64,000 nt of DNA from a virus: the IMG/VR virus record IMGVR_UViG_3300023198_001068; one strand, 5' to 3'. Every line of letters begins with the position of its first letter. The first letter of the stretch is position 1. Below are positions 1 to 8,981 of this stretch, in pieces. The notes beneath the pieces are model-generated. The model saw nothing but the letters and a program-made list of their open reading frames with translations. It did no database searches and was not told the DNA's origin. Made by a program: the position numbers and the translations under genes.

Positions 1-1
1 T

Positions 2-1126
2 CAGAGCATTGGCTCGACCCCCGCTGGCGCTGGCTGGCGGGTCTTCATCGCCCAGGAGGTTCCCATGTGTGTGTTCACGCAGTCCGTGTACGTTGCTGTT
101 GACGACCTCATGACCGAGGTGCTTCGGCAACTCCCCTCAGCCGCTCTGGTGGCGTCGTTCCCCGAGGTCGTCCTCAAGTCGCTGACGACCCAGACCTTCG
201 GAGAGAAGACCAAGACCAAGGTCGGCAAGGTCAGCCAGGAGCAGATGCGTCGCCTGTTGCGGCGGATGCACTACCGGCTGCCGACCGACCAGAAGATCGT
301 CTCCCTCAACTCGTCAGGGTCTACGGGTCGGAGCAGCAAGCCCAAGGGCCTCTGTTCGGCTCCGGTTCGCATCGTGCGAGACAACTTCATGGAGCAGATC
401 AGCCACTTCTGCACCAAGCCGACCCTGGCCGAGGTCATCAAGCGTGCCTGCCTGGCTTCCCAGGCTCGGCTCTCTGGCACCGATGACCAGGGCCGCGTGC
501 GCCGCGAGTTCTACCGGCCCCTGACCGAGGAATTCCTGCTGAACGGCGGCGAGTTGACCGAATCGCTGGCCCTGGCGGTGGGCCTCGACCCGGAGGGTGC
601 CCAACTCAAGCTGGAGGTCGAACCGGAACCGGAGGCTGACGCGGACGATGCGGAAGAACTGTTCTCGTTCCACATCCCGACCTTCGATGAGTATTCCTAC
701 GTGTTCAGCAACTACCCCTACGTCCAGGTGGGGCGGTTCGAGGACGAGACTGTGCTGGTCATTGGGACAGCGCAGACCCGGGATGCGGGGAGCAACAACC
801 TCTACCGCCGCACCTGCGAAGTTGACCTCAATGACGGGGAGGGGAAGCGGCTGTTCAAGCAACTGTTCTCGCCCTACTGCCAAGTCCTGGAGCGCATCGA
901 CGGGGACAAGCACCAGCACATCAAGCTCGTGCCGCTCCGTCCCGGAACCCGGATTCGCTTCTGGACGAACGTGAAGGACCAGGGCGACATCGACCTGTAC
1001 TACCGGTACATGCTTCTGGTGGACAACCCGGGCGACGACACCTGGCACCTGTTCACGTCGCAGTCGGATCTCGACTCGGCCTACAACATCCGGTTCTCAG
1101 CCCAGGAGTCCAAGGGAGCCTCGTGA
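2..1126 (+). CDS. Hypothetical protein, 5'-truncated at window edge
   Basis: Frame is open from position 2 through ATG 65 to the stop at 1126; GC3-rich codon usage; no recognisable motif. Confidence 0.7.
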   Translation, partial: QSIGSTPAGAGWRVFIAQEVPMCVFTQSVYVAVDDLMTEVLRQLPSAALVASFPEVVLKSLTTQTFGEKTKTKVGKVSQEQMRRLLRRMHYRLPTDQKIVSLNSSGSTGRSSKPKGLCSAPVRIVRDNFMEQISHFCTKPTLAEVIKRACLASQARLSGTDDQGRVRREFYRPLTEEFLLNGGELTESLALAVGLDPEGAQLKLEVEPEPEADADDAEELFSFHIPTFDEYSYVFSNYPYVQVGRFEDETVLVIGTAQTRDAGSNNLYRRTCEVDLNDGEGKRLFKQLFSPYCQVLERIDGDKHQHIKLVPLRPGTRIRFWTNVKDQGDIDLYYRYMLLVDNPGDDTWHLFTSQSDLDSAYNIRFSAQESKGAS

Positions 1127-1395
1127 TCCCCCCCACTGCAACGACCTGGCCTCGGCTGACCAAATCCGACTTGGTGAAGCTGAGGCCAGGCGATCCCCTC
1201 GTGGTGTTCTGGGCCAAGGATGACGACCCGGAGGATGTTCGGTGCAACTACGAGACCCAGACCGTCGTCAAGTACGACACCCCGACCCAGGAGTTGTGGG
1301 TTCGGGAAGGCTACGAGTGGGATCTGAGCCGGATGGCTGACGACGAGACGAGCGCCAACACCACTCGGGGGTTCGTCTACTTCTTCCGGGTGTAG
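1123..1395 (+). CDS. Hypothetical protein (90 aa)
   Basis: GTGA overlap with the upstream stop; plausible composition. Confidence 0.6.
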   Translation: MIPPTATTWPRLTKSDLVKLRPGDPLVVFWAKDDDPEDVRCNYETQTVVKYDTPTQELWVREGYEWDLSRMADDETSANTTRGFVYFFRV

Positions 1396-1673
1396 AGCCC
1401 GCCGCTCGGGGGCCTCTGAGACGCCCGCTCGACCACCTTTGGGATCTTCAGGCCCACGAGATGCTTGAGGGCGGTCCCGGCCAGGTCCACGATGACAGCC
1501 GCAACCACATCCGCGTCCCGGTCGCTCAGCGATGGCAGGAGCTTGCGCAGACCGGCCAGAGCGGTCCGGTGGACGAACATGTCCTGGGCCTTCCCGGTCC
1601 GCTGGTAGGTCGCTTTGGCCCGAACCACGCGGATCGAGGCCGCGAGGATCTGGTCGGGTAGGCTTTCTGACAC
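1377..1673 (-). CDS. Hypothetical protein (98 aa)
   Basis: GTG start lies 5 nt after GGTGTATCAT motif at 1679-1688. Confidence 0.6.
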   Translation of the reverse strand: MSESLPDQILAASIRVVRAKATYQRTGKAQDMFVHRTALAGLRKLLPSLSDRDADVVAAVIVDLAGTALKHLVGLKIPKVVERASQRPPSGGLYTRKK

Positions 1674-1698
1674 CCTCTATGATACACCAGAGGCAGAT

Positions 1699-2358
1699 AT
1701 GGATGAAGATTACGGGCTTCTGCCCTGGGAACAACGGTTGGCTCTGGGGTCGGAGGAATACCTCGACGACACGCCTTCGGACGATTGCGGGAGGCTTTAC
1801 AGCTATGTGCCAGTGGAGGTCCTCGACTACCTGCGCCTGGTAAGCCCCAGCCTGACTCCTGAAAAGCGCATGTCAGGGTGGAGTGAGTTGGCTTCCGAGC
1901 GGCGGGGCTATGGGGACTTGACCGATCTGGTGGGGACCCAGATGGTCTTTTTGGAGTTGGCGCAGGCGGGTAAAGTTTGCGAGATGAACATTACTTGCGG
2001 CAAAGGGGACCAGTACGACCTGTTGGCGTACATCAAAGGCAAGCCTCACCCCATCAACATCAAGACCAGCACCTATTCCCCTTTCCGACCTGGCCTACGG
2101 CTGTTCGTCAAGGCTGAGGAATTGTCCAAGCCAATCGGCGTATATGTGCAGTGCTTCGTCCACCTGAAGGCAGCGGATGGGAGGCCCCACATCCACATCG
2201 CAGGGTGCATTTCTACCACGAACCCGAAGTGGCAACAGTTCTCTCGGAAGGTGGAGGACATCCCCAACACGGGCTGCCATCAGGGGATTGGCATTCCCAT
2301 TGAGGAACTGAGCCCTTTCGAGAAGCTGGTCTCCAAGCTGGACGACAAGCCTCACTGA
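1699..2358 (+). CDS. Putative PD-(D/E)xK-like nuclease
   Basis: GDQYDLLAYIKGKPHPINIKTS resembles a D-x(n)-(E/N)xK nuclease core; start reassigned to ATG 1699. Confidence 0.4.
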   Translation: MDEDYGLLPWEQRLALGSEEYLDDTPSDDCGRLYSYVPVEVLDYLRLVSPSLTPEKRMSGWSELASERRGYGDLTDLVGTQMVFLELAQAGKVCEMNITCGKGDQYDLLAYIKGKPHPINIKTSTYSPFRPGLRLFVKAEELSKPIGVYVQCFVHLKAADGRPHIHIAGCISTTNPKWQQFSRKVEDIPNTGCHQGIGIPIEELSPFEKLVSKLDDKPH

Positions 2359-2705
2359 GGCTTGAAAGCGTGGAGCGCCTTCACCTGGTCAACTTCCTCG
2401 TGGACCTGGAGTTCGCCCCGTGCGAGCCGCAGGACGGCCTCCTGAGCCTTCCAGGCTTCGGCCTTGGTCTTGGCTGCGTGCTTCTCGAAACGCTGCTCAG
2501 CGTCCGCCTGGGCTTCCTCCAGGGTCAAAAAGCACTCCACTCCCAGGGAGAGTTGCTGGCAGCGCCAGTTGTTCCCGTGGGGGAGGTCGATGTAGTAGTA
2601 CGAGGTGCGCCAGGGCTTGCTCATCTCGTCGTCCCGTAGGGTCCCCTCCAGGACGAGGATGCCCCGGGCGATGACCCACTTGGTCACGTAGAGCCGGTGC
2701 TTCAT
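2352..2705 (-). CDS. Hypothetical protein (MKHRLYVTKW...)
   Basis: ATG 2705 is coupled to the stop of 2702..3070. Confidence 0.6.
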   Translation of the reverse strand: MKHRLYVTKWVIARGILVLEGTLRDDEMSKPWRTSYYYIDLPHGNNWRCQQLSLGVECFLTLEEAQADAEQRFEKHAAKTKAEAWKAQEAVLRLARGELQVHEEVDQVKALHAFKPQ

Positions 2706-3070
2706 CCGGCCTTCAGGGCTTCCAGGAGTTCTTCCACGTCGGCCGCTCCGTTCTGGAGCTTGTCCAGAACCTCTCGGAGTCGAAGCTCGTACCGCTTGCA
2801 GAACTTGGGCTCCAGGACACCCTCGTAGTGCTCGGCCAGGTGCATGTTGCACCAAAGGCAGATCGTGATCACATGCGACGTGTATTGGCTCTTGGCCTCG
2901 ACGAACCCGTGCTCGGGCCAGCTTCTAAAACGGGTGGCGTCCTCAGCCCGTTGCTTGGCGTACCGGCTTTGGGTCAAGCCGCAGATGGCGCAGGTTGGCT
3001 CTCCGGGATGAGGGACCGGCTTGTCGGGCACCACGTCGGCCCAGTAGGAGCGTAGGTCGTCGTCAGCCAT
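2702..3070 (-). CDS. Hypothetical protein with CxxC pairs
   Basis: CAIC and CLWC motifs; overlaps both neighbours in a coupled operon. Confidence 0.6.
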   Translation of the reverse strand: MADDDLRSYWADVVPDKPVPHPGEPTCAICGLTQSRYAKQRAEDATRFRSWPEHGFVEAKSQYTSHVITICLWCNMHLAEHYEGVLEPKFCKRYELRLREVLDKLQNGAADVEELLEALKAG

Positions 3071-3674
3071 CGTTGAGGATGCGATCCCAGGCGGTCGGAA
3101 AGCAGTCGTGGAGCCGTTGGTAGGCTGCCTGCCGGGCTTCCTCGGAGGTAAAGGGGACGCCGTATTCTTCGTTGCGGACGGCGATGGCCGTCAACAGAAC
3201 ATTGGCCCCCTCAAAGGCTTCGGGGTTCGTAGGCTCGAAATGCGCTCCCGCTCGGTAGCTGAGCCCCGCTCCCCATTCGCCCCGATTCTGGTACTGCTGG
3301 GGCATCTCGTCTTGGGTCAGGAAGCGGCGCACCTCATCGAGCAAGTCGGCGTGCGTCTCGTCGAGACACTGCCCTACCTTCTGCATGATGGCGTCTACCA
3401 GAGGGGTGTCCATCTTCGCTCCTGGGGGCTCCCGGGGCCCCTCGGGGACTTCCCCGTTGATCGTCTCGTCCGTGTACCAGAACGCCTGGCCACATCGGAT
3501 GCACCGGTCGATCCGACTGAGCTTGAACGTCTGCTGGTTCCTCTGGACCAGCAAGATGCCGGTCCCATTGCACTCTGGGCAGGTGGAACGGAAGGCGCTG
3601 TCCGAGTCGTCACGGTCGAGGTCGGCATGGCGAACGGCCTTGATGGGCGAGTGGATGTTCTCCCCAAAGGGCAT
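3063..3674 (-). CDS. Zn-ribbon protein with C-terminal TAW tag
   Basis: CPEC...CIRC; ends PTAWDRILNDG; GGAG RBS before ATG 3674. Confidence 0.7.
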   Translation of the reverse strand: MPFGENIHSPIKAVRHADLDRDDSDSAFRSTCPECNGTGILLVQRNQQTFKLSRIDRCIRCGQAFWYTDETINGEVPEGPREPPGAKMDTPLVDAIMQKVGQCLDETHADLLDEVRRFLTQDEMPQQYQNRGEWGAGLSYRAGAHFEPTNPEAFEGANVLLTAIAVRNEEYGVPFTSEEARQAAYQRLHDCFPTAWDRILNDG

Positions 3675-3676
3675 CG

Positions 3677-4780
3677 TTACTCCACGGTGTTCGAGTGGTT
3701 GGTCTTGTTGCCTGTCTTGACCATACACCCGTGTAGCTGGTTGCGAGCCAACTTGTTGAATCTCGCGTGATCTTGGTCTGAAACGCTACTGCCGTAGGGG
3801 CTTCCCGAGTCCTTGTCGCAGTACCCCCGCTCGCCGTCGCGGGAGCCCAGGTAGATGGCAGGCTTCCTTCCCGTCAGTCCGCTGGAGCACCCGATGTCGT
3901 TGTCGGTGATGGTGTTGTAGCTCGGGGTGGCGTGGCGGGTGTTGCCCCCCTCGCCGCAGTTCCGGTAGAGGAAGATGCCCCCCTTCGGAGGGCTGGTGAT
4001 CTGGTTCTCGGTGATGGTGTTGTAGCTCGACCCGTCGAGGGCCATCGCCTCCCGCCCCGCGTGGATGGCTCTGATCCAGTTCTTGCTGAAGGTGTTGCCG
4101 TAGGTCTCCGCATCGAAGTAGACCATGACGGACGAGGACGTGCCGCCGATGGTTCCGTTCGTGAAGGTCGAGTGGTGCGTGCCGGGGGCCAGGTAGAGGG
4201 GGATGGTGGTGCCGGTCGCCATGACGGCTACCTTGTCCAGGGTGATCCGGTAGGGAGCGTTGTTCCGTACCTTGCTCACATGCGCCAGGGTGCGAGACGA
4301 TTGGGTCAGAGCCTTGCCTTCCCCGTTTCGGGCCATCCCCATGATGCGGACCGAACCGTAGATGGAGCAGTTCTTGATCGTCACGTCATGGACGGGGAAC
4401 CACCCGTTGCCCATCTCTTGAGAGCGGATGGTGACTCTGACCCCCTTGCCCTTCGTTCCGATCTTCGCCCCGTTGCAGTCCACGGCCACCCCGGTCGAGG
4501 CCGACCCTTGGAAGAACACCGCCTTGGTGATGGTGTCCCCTTTGTAGAGCTTGAGGTTGCAGTTGATGACGACGTTCGGTTGCTTCGCCGTGGGGGGCGC
4601 CAGGATGTTGGATACCTGCTCTGGAGAGCAGTCTTTCCTGACGGGAGGCTTCACGAAAACTGGCTTCCAGCCCTCCGTACCCTCGTCTCCCGGGTTGAGT
4701 TGCGGCCCGGTGGGTTCAGAAGGGTCGCAGGCGACGAGGATGAGGGTCAGTAGGGCGAGCAGGACGGTTCTGGGAGTCAT
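3677..4780 (-). CDS. Lipoprotein with right-handed parallel beta-helix (pectate-lyase-like) repeats
   Basis: Lipobox LVAC after a hydrophobic signal; repeated NTITxN / TFTNGTI beta-helix turns. Confidence 0.7.
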   Translation of the reverse strand: MTPRTVLLALLTLILVACDPSEPTGPQLNPGDEGTEGWKPVFVKPPVRKDCSPEQVSNILAPPTAKQPNVVINCNLKLYKGDTITKAVFFQGSASTGVAVDCNGAKIGTKGKGVRVTIRSQEMGNGWFPVHDVTIKNCSIYGSVRIMGMARNGEGKALTQSSRTLAHVSKVRNNAPYRITLDKVAVMATGTTIPLYLAPGTHHSTFTNGTIGGTSSSVMVYFDAETYGNTFSKNWIRAIHAGREAMALDGSSYNTITENQITSPPKGGIFLYRNCGEGGNTRHATPSYNTITDNDIGCSSGLTGRKPAIYLGSRDGERGYCDKDSGSPYGSSVSDQDHARFNKLARNQLHGCMVKTGNKTNHSNTVE

Positions 4781-4822
4781 GCCAACGCATGACCAGAAGA
4801 ACAGTAGCGACCTTCCCCCCGG

Positions 4823-5047
4823 TCACTTGCCCGGCGGGTACTCTTTCTGGAGGCCCTCAACCATGCACTGACGCGAGCAATAGTAGCGCTCGGACACCAG
4901 GGTGCTGCTGAACTTGCCGTGCTCGGTGACGGTAACGATGAACCACCCCCGACTGAAGCCTCCCTCCATCAGAGACTCAGAGTGCAGCCGGGAGGTCTCT
5001 TGGTCACAGTCGTTGCAGTCGCAGGAATAGATGTGTCTGACGCTCAT
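4823..5047 (-). CDS. Small Cys-rich (Zn-binding) protein
   Basis: CDCNDC...YCSRQC; coupled to 5044 stop. Confidence 0.55.
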   Translation of the reverse strand: MSVRHIYSCDCNDCDQETSRLHSESLMEGGFSRGWFIVTVTEHGKFSSTLVSERYYCSRQCMVEGLQKEYPPGK

Positions 5048-5544
5048 ACGCCGCCGTGGCCGTTCTTGCAGAGAGAGCCGCTCGGGGTGTCGTGAAGGGG
5101 CTCCCCGCAGACGGGGCAGTCGGTTCCCATCAAAGGGCATTCTTCAAGGGGAAGGTCGGGTCTGGGACCTTCCTTGTCCCAGCCAGACCTCGGGACCTCA
5201 TCGTCGCCTGGGTCGAGGGTGTCTAGGTAGTCGTCCAACTCTCGGTCGAGTTCTTCCTCGGGGTCCGCTTCCAAGGCTGGAGGCCAGCACCATGGCCTGA
5301 ACCCCGTGGTGCAAGAGCCGTCCTTCTCTACGTTGGTCATGGCGATCCAGAAGCACGAGTGTGGCCACTCGACACTGGGCGCCAGGTCGATGACCAGGAG
5401 CGAGCCGATGCCTTTCGACGGGAACCCTTGCCAGCTTTTCGTCATCCGATTGCCTCGGATGTCTTTGAGCGTGGCGAAGTCCACGTCGAGGTAGCTCGTC
5501 AGTTTGGGGTCGGGCATGGTCAGATCCTCAACCAGCGGCGCCAC
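5044..5544 (-). CDS. Hypothetical protein with C-terminal Zn ribbon
   Basis: CPVCGEPL...LCKNGH. Confidence 0.55.
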   Translation of the reverse strand: MAPLVEDLTMPDPKLTSYLDVDFATLKDIRGNRMTKSWQGFPSKGIGSLLVIDLAPSVEWPHSCFWIAMTNVEKDGSCTTGFRPWCWPPALEADPEEELDRELDDYLDTLDPGDDEVPRSGWDKEGPRPDLPLEECPLMGTDCPVCGEPLHDTPSGSLCKNGHGGV

Positions 5545-5888
5545 CTGGAGCGCCCGCTGACCTCGACTTCGGGTTGGGTCAACTCCACGTCTCTCTCACG
5601 GGTGTTTGGCAGGCAGAGGACTTGATGGCGGTAGATCATCTCCAGGGCGACTTGGTGTAGGTCAGGCGCCAGGTCGGCAAAGTCATAGACGGCATCCAGT
5701 TGAGCTACCACGACTCCATTTTGGTGGAACTGAATCGCCCCGGGAATGGTGACTTTGGAGGTGCCTTGAACCGTCACTTCATGGGACCGGCAGGTGCAGT
5801 AGACTCCCTCGCAATCGCACACGATGTCAGGCTTTGGCCACCTGGGGTTCACATCGTTCCAGCACTCTTGGAGATCGTCGTCAGGCAT
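5520..5888 (-). CDS. Hypothetical protein (MPDDDLQECW...)
   Basis: ATG 5888; N-terminus resembles that of 2702..3070. Confidence 0.5.
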   Translation of the reverse strand: MPDDDLQECWNDVNPRWPKPDIVCDCEGVYCTCRSHEVTVQGTSKVTIPGAIQFHQNGVVVAQLDAVYDFADLAPDLHQVALEMIYRHQVLCLPNTRERDVELTQPEVEVSGRSRWRRWLRI

Positions 5889-5907
5889 CACCACCTCCAG
5901 GTGAAGC

Positions 5908-6234
5908 TCAGCGGTTCGAGAGAGACTCTCGCATCGCTTCGGCCACCCGTTTGGTGACTCGACCGGTGCCACAGCACCAGTCGCACGAGTCGTCGCCGGT
6001 CTCGTTGCAGAGACACGGGACCATGTTGCCCGCCGATGGCCCGCATGTGTGTACGCCACTCGTAGGCTCACCGCGAGCCTCGAACATCTCTCGCCAGCAC
6101 TGCTCGGCGAGGTCCATCATGTTGCCGTAACCGATGTTGGCTCCGAGTTCTCGGACCGCTTCCTTGTCCGCTCGGTAGTACCCGGCGCCCGCTGGTCTGG
6201 CCGCTGCAAGCGCAGCCTCATCCGTAGTCGTCAT
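5908..6234 (-). CDS. Hypothetical protein with CxC/CxxC motifs
   Basis: ATG 6234 coupled to the upstream stop. Confidence 0.55.
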   Translation of the reverse strand: MTTTDEAALAAARPAGAGYYRADKEAVRELGANIGYGNMMDLAEQCWREMFEARGEPTSGVHTCGPSAGNMVPCLCNETGDDSCDWCCGTGRVTKRVAEAMRESLSNR

Positions 6235-6797
6235 GGTTTGAAGTCTCCGTTTCCTCTGACCCACTCACCCACGAGATCGAGGTCGGCAACCCTGTCCTCG
6301 AACGTGAGTCCAATGTCACACCCCTCGTAGAAGCACGCTTCGACTTCCTTCCCGTTGACCCATACGGAGGTCAGGTCGGAAGCGCAAGTTTCAAGCTCTA
6401 CATCGCCTTCCAGCAAGTCGGCCTCCACCATCTCGTTGGGGTGGCCCTTCCGGCAGTACCAACGAGGGTCGTGGCCGTTGATGGTGAAGCAGGTGAGCCC
6501 TTCGTTGGCCCACTCGCCGTGTTTCTGCCCGGGGTTGTCGTAGGTTCTGACGTGGATGAGCGAGCCGTTCGGGCCGTGATCCACGTAGAGAACTTGCCGA
6601 CTCATGGGCAGGTCGCCCCGGTCGATGGATTTCTCGTCGTACCAGAGTTCCTTGGTCCAGAAGCCTTCCTTGATGAAGGGGCCAGGCGTCGGGGGAGCAG
6701 GCTCCGGCGTCGGGGGAGCCTTGTACTCGACGACGCCCTCGACCTCAGGCCGCTCTTGGCAGCCGACCAACAGCACTAGCAGCAGGGCGAGTCGCAT
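6231..6797 (-). CDS. Predicted lipoprotein
   Basis: MRLALLLVLLVGC lipobox; start is 5 nt after GGTGTAGAGT motif. Confidence 0.7.
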   Translation of the reverse strand: MRLALLLVLLVGCQERPEVEGVVEYKAPPTPEPAPPTPGPFIKEGFWTKELWYDEKSIDRGDLPMSRQVLYVDHGPNGSLIHVRTYDNPGQKHGEWANEGLTCFTINGHDPRWYCRKGHPNEMVEADLLEGDVELETCASDLTSVWVNGKEVEACFYEGCDIGLTFEDRVADLDLVGEWVRGNGDFKP

Positions 6798-6800
6798 GGC

Positions 6801-7457
6801 CTACTCTACACCGAACCACGGCTCCAGTTCAGGCTTCTCGGGGGTGTGGCAGCCGCATGAGGACCAGGCGGTGATCTCGTAGAACGCCACCTTGGGTCCG
6901 TCTGGACCTGGTTTGATCACGGCGTACTTGCCGCTTGGCCAGGAGATCGTGTTCTCGTAGGCCCGGAACATGGTGGCCCACGGGGACCAGCCTTCGGAGC
7001 CCCGGAGCCGCTCCCAGATGCTTGCTCCTGGGTACTCGCGGCTCCCGTCCGCCTTGCGGTAGACGCAGTAGGCGGACCACTTGCCGAAAACCAGCTTCAT
7101 CAACTCCTGGATCTTGGCCTCTAGCTCCGGGTGGGCGTCGGCTTGCCGCTCGGCGTCCACTACGGAGGTGCAGCGGACCCGGGCCAGGTCAACTCTCTGG
7201 CGGCCAAAGTGGAGGGAAGGTCGGCAATGGGTTGGTCGCAGCCGCCGGCTCCCACTACGTCGGCCGGTGACGAATATCTTGAGGATCAGACGACTGTGGG
7301 TGGGGTCCCCGTACCCCGTTTGGCGCAGGTTGGAGCGATGTCGGTAAGTTCTTTCAGGGGTCTCCCAGATGGTTCGCTCCCCGCTCCAGCTATCCGTGAG
7401 AATGTAGTCGTCCCACTCGGTTTGGTAGCCGTCGCGGTAGGTGCGCCAGTCGTTCAT
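6801..7457 (-). CDS. Hypothetical protein
   Basis: ATGA overlap with the dNMP kinase stop. Confidence 0.5.
   Translation of the reverse strand: MNDWRTYRDGYQTEWDDYILTDSWSGERTIWETPERTYRHRSNLRQTGYGDPTHSRLILKIFVTGRRSGSRRLRPTHCRPSLHFGRQRVDLARVRCTSVVDAERQADAHPELEAKIQELMKLVFGKWSAYCVYRKADGSREYPGASIWERLRGSEGWSPWATMFRAYENTISWPSGKYAVIKPGPDGPKVAFYEITAWSSCGCHTPEKPELEPWFGVE
6803..6812 (-). promoter_or_regulatory. GGTG-TANNGT promoter-like motif (representative copy)
   Basis: Recurs 5-6 nt before starts; other copies at 1679, 11423, 13770, 15338, 15493, 17497, 31572, 36647, 40633, 55818, 56653, 62986. Confidence 0.75.
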
Positions 7458-8239
7458 GCCAACCGTTCGAGCATCTGGTCCACGGCCGCCGGCAAGCCTT
7501 CCAGGGTGTCGTTGACCAGGATGTGGTCGAACTCTGAGTCGTCCCAGGTGATGAGGTCAACTTCGGTGCTGTCGGTGAGCACGCCGGTCTCGGGAGCCGA
7601 GTCCTGGATGCGCTTGACCCGGATGATCTTGCCGCCACTCTCTCGGATGGCTCGACATTCCTCTCGGTAGCGCACGTCGGAGACGAGCACGCCCTTGACC
7701 TCGGGGTTGTCCCCCACGTACCCGAGGCCCCTTTGGGCTGAGTAGCTGCGCCATCCCTTGAAGTTCTCGTGGGAGATGTCGCAAAGATACCGGCTGGGCT
7801 TCATCAGGGCATTGGCGATCCCCATCACCTTGTTCGCCCAGGTGCGCTCGTGCATCTTGCGGCCCCAGTTGCCGAGCGAGACGAGCACCCAGCGTGGCGT
7901 CAGGTAGCACGGGGTTTCCTCGTTCGAGATGAACTTGGATTGGCCCATCCCGCAGCAGCCGCAGTAGTCGTCGTCCGGCCGATCCTCGTAGTCGAGCCAG
8001 CGGTGGAGGACCGGCCAACGCTCGTCCACGGCGTTGCGCATCTCCGAGGGGCCCCAGAGTTGCTCGTCGGTGAAGCCGTAGAGGTCTCGGGCAAACCGCT
8101 TCATGGCGTCGGCCACGGCCACCTTGGCCCACCCCTCCTGCTTCAGGATAAGGTCAGCCACGGTGTCTTTGCCGCTGCCCATGCTCCACTTGTGCTTGCC
8201 GTCGGGGGTCTCGCTCTGTCCGGTGATGCCGATGATCAT
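7454..8239 (-). CDS. Deoxynucleoside monophosphate kinase (T4 gp1-like)
   Basis: IIGITG...GSGKDTVAD P-loop, ADAMKRFARDLYGF, VLVSDVRYREE motifs. Confidence 0.85.
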   Translation of the reverse strand: MIIGITGQSETPDGKHKWSMGSGKDTVADLILKQEGWAKVAVADAMKRFARDLYGFTDEQLWGPSEMRNAVDERWPVLHRWLDYEDRPDDDYCGCCGMGQSKFISNEETPCYLTPRWVLVSLGNWGRKMHERTWANKVMGIANALMKPSRYLCDISHENFKGWRSYSAQRGLGYVGDNPEVKGVLVSDVRYREECRAIRESGGKIIRVKRIQDSAPETGVLTDSTEVDLITWDDSEFDHILVNDTLEGLPAAVDQMLERLA

Positions 8240-8304
8240 GTGGTCCTAGATACCACTCTCGGCCCCGGAAGGGGAGGCTCGTGGGCGGCCTCCCCTTCCC
8301 ACCC

Positions 8305-8979
8305 TCAACCGGCGTTCTTGGCCGCGTTCTTGGCCGCGTTCTTGGTGATCAAGATCCGAAGGTGCGGCATGTACTCCTGCGCCGCCTGGGTCGCGAGCAG
8401 CTTCATTAGGGGCTTCATCTCGCCGTTCAACGTTCGCCGGTTCACTTCGCTGAGACCGTTTCGACCCTTGTGTACGCCGACGGCGGCGTTGAGACGAGCG
8501 ACGGCAGCCTGTTGAGCGTTGTGAGCCTTCTGGGTGAAGTGCTCGAAGTAGTCGTCCTCGTCCACGGTGAGCCGGTAGAACTTCTGGGGCACCCCTTTGA
8601 CGGTGCGAACGGTCGAGACGATGCCCACGGGGGGGTTCAAACGACGAGCCTCGCTCTGGTTGCGCAGATACGTGCGGAGCGGCACGACGTGGGTCTTGCC
8701 CCAGTCATCCAACTTGGGGTTGGACGGGTGGAGGCGCGTCTTTTGCGTGACCGCCTGGTGGAGCGTCGAAAGGTTGACGAACTCCTTGGGGTGCTTCTCG
8801 GCGGCGGCCTTCAGGCAGCTTTGGATGTTGTCGGCAGGCTGACGGTTCAACTTGGAGTGCCAGATCGCACTTCGGTTGGACGGTTTGAGGGCGATGTCCA
8901 GGCGAGTCCCGAAGCGTTCCTCACGGTCCACTCTGGAGCGCCTGGCTTTGGCGGTTTTGGCGGTTTTGGCGGTTGGCAC
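8305..8979 (-). CDS. Basic hypothetical protein, possibly DNA-binding
   Basis: Lys/Arg-rich; tandem TAK and NAAK repeats at the termini. Confidence 0.6.
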   Translation of the reverse strand: MPTAKTAKTAKARRSRVDREERFGTRLDIALKPSNRSAIWHSKLNRQPADNIQSCLKAAAEKHPKEFVNLSTLHQAVTQKTRLHPSNPKLDDWGKTHVVPLRTYLRNQSEARRLNPPVGIVSTVRTVKGVPQKFYRLTVDEDDYFEHFTQKAHNAQQAAVARLNAAVGVHKGRNGLSEVNRRTLNGEMKPLMKLLATQAAQEYMPHLRILITKNAAKNAAKNAG

Positions 8980-8981
8980 AA

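Noticed and set aside
2702-5888. Shared N-terminus M(A/P)DDDL..W.DV in two genes
   Set aside because: Only two clear cases; it may reflect local duplication or stop/start overlap constraints.
8305-8979. Short tandem repeats (TAK x3, NAAK x2-3)
   Set aside because: These are in-frame low-complexity coding repeats with no sign of a separate function.
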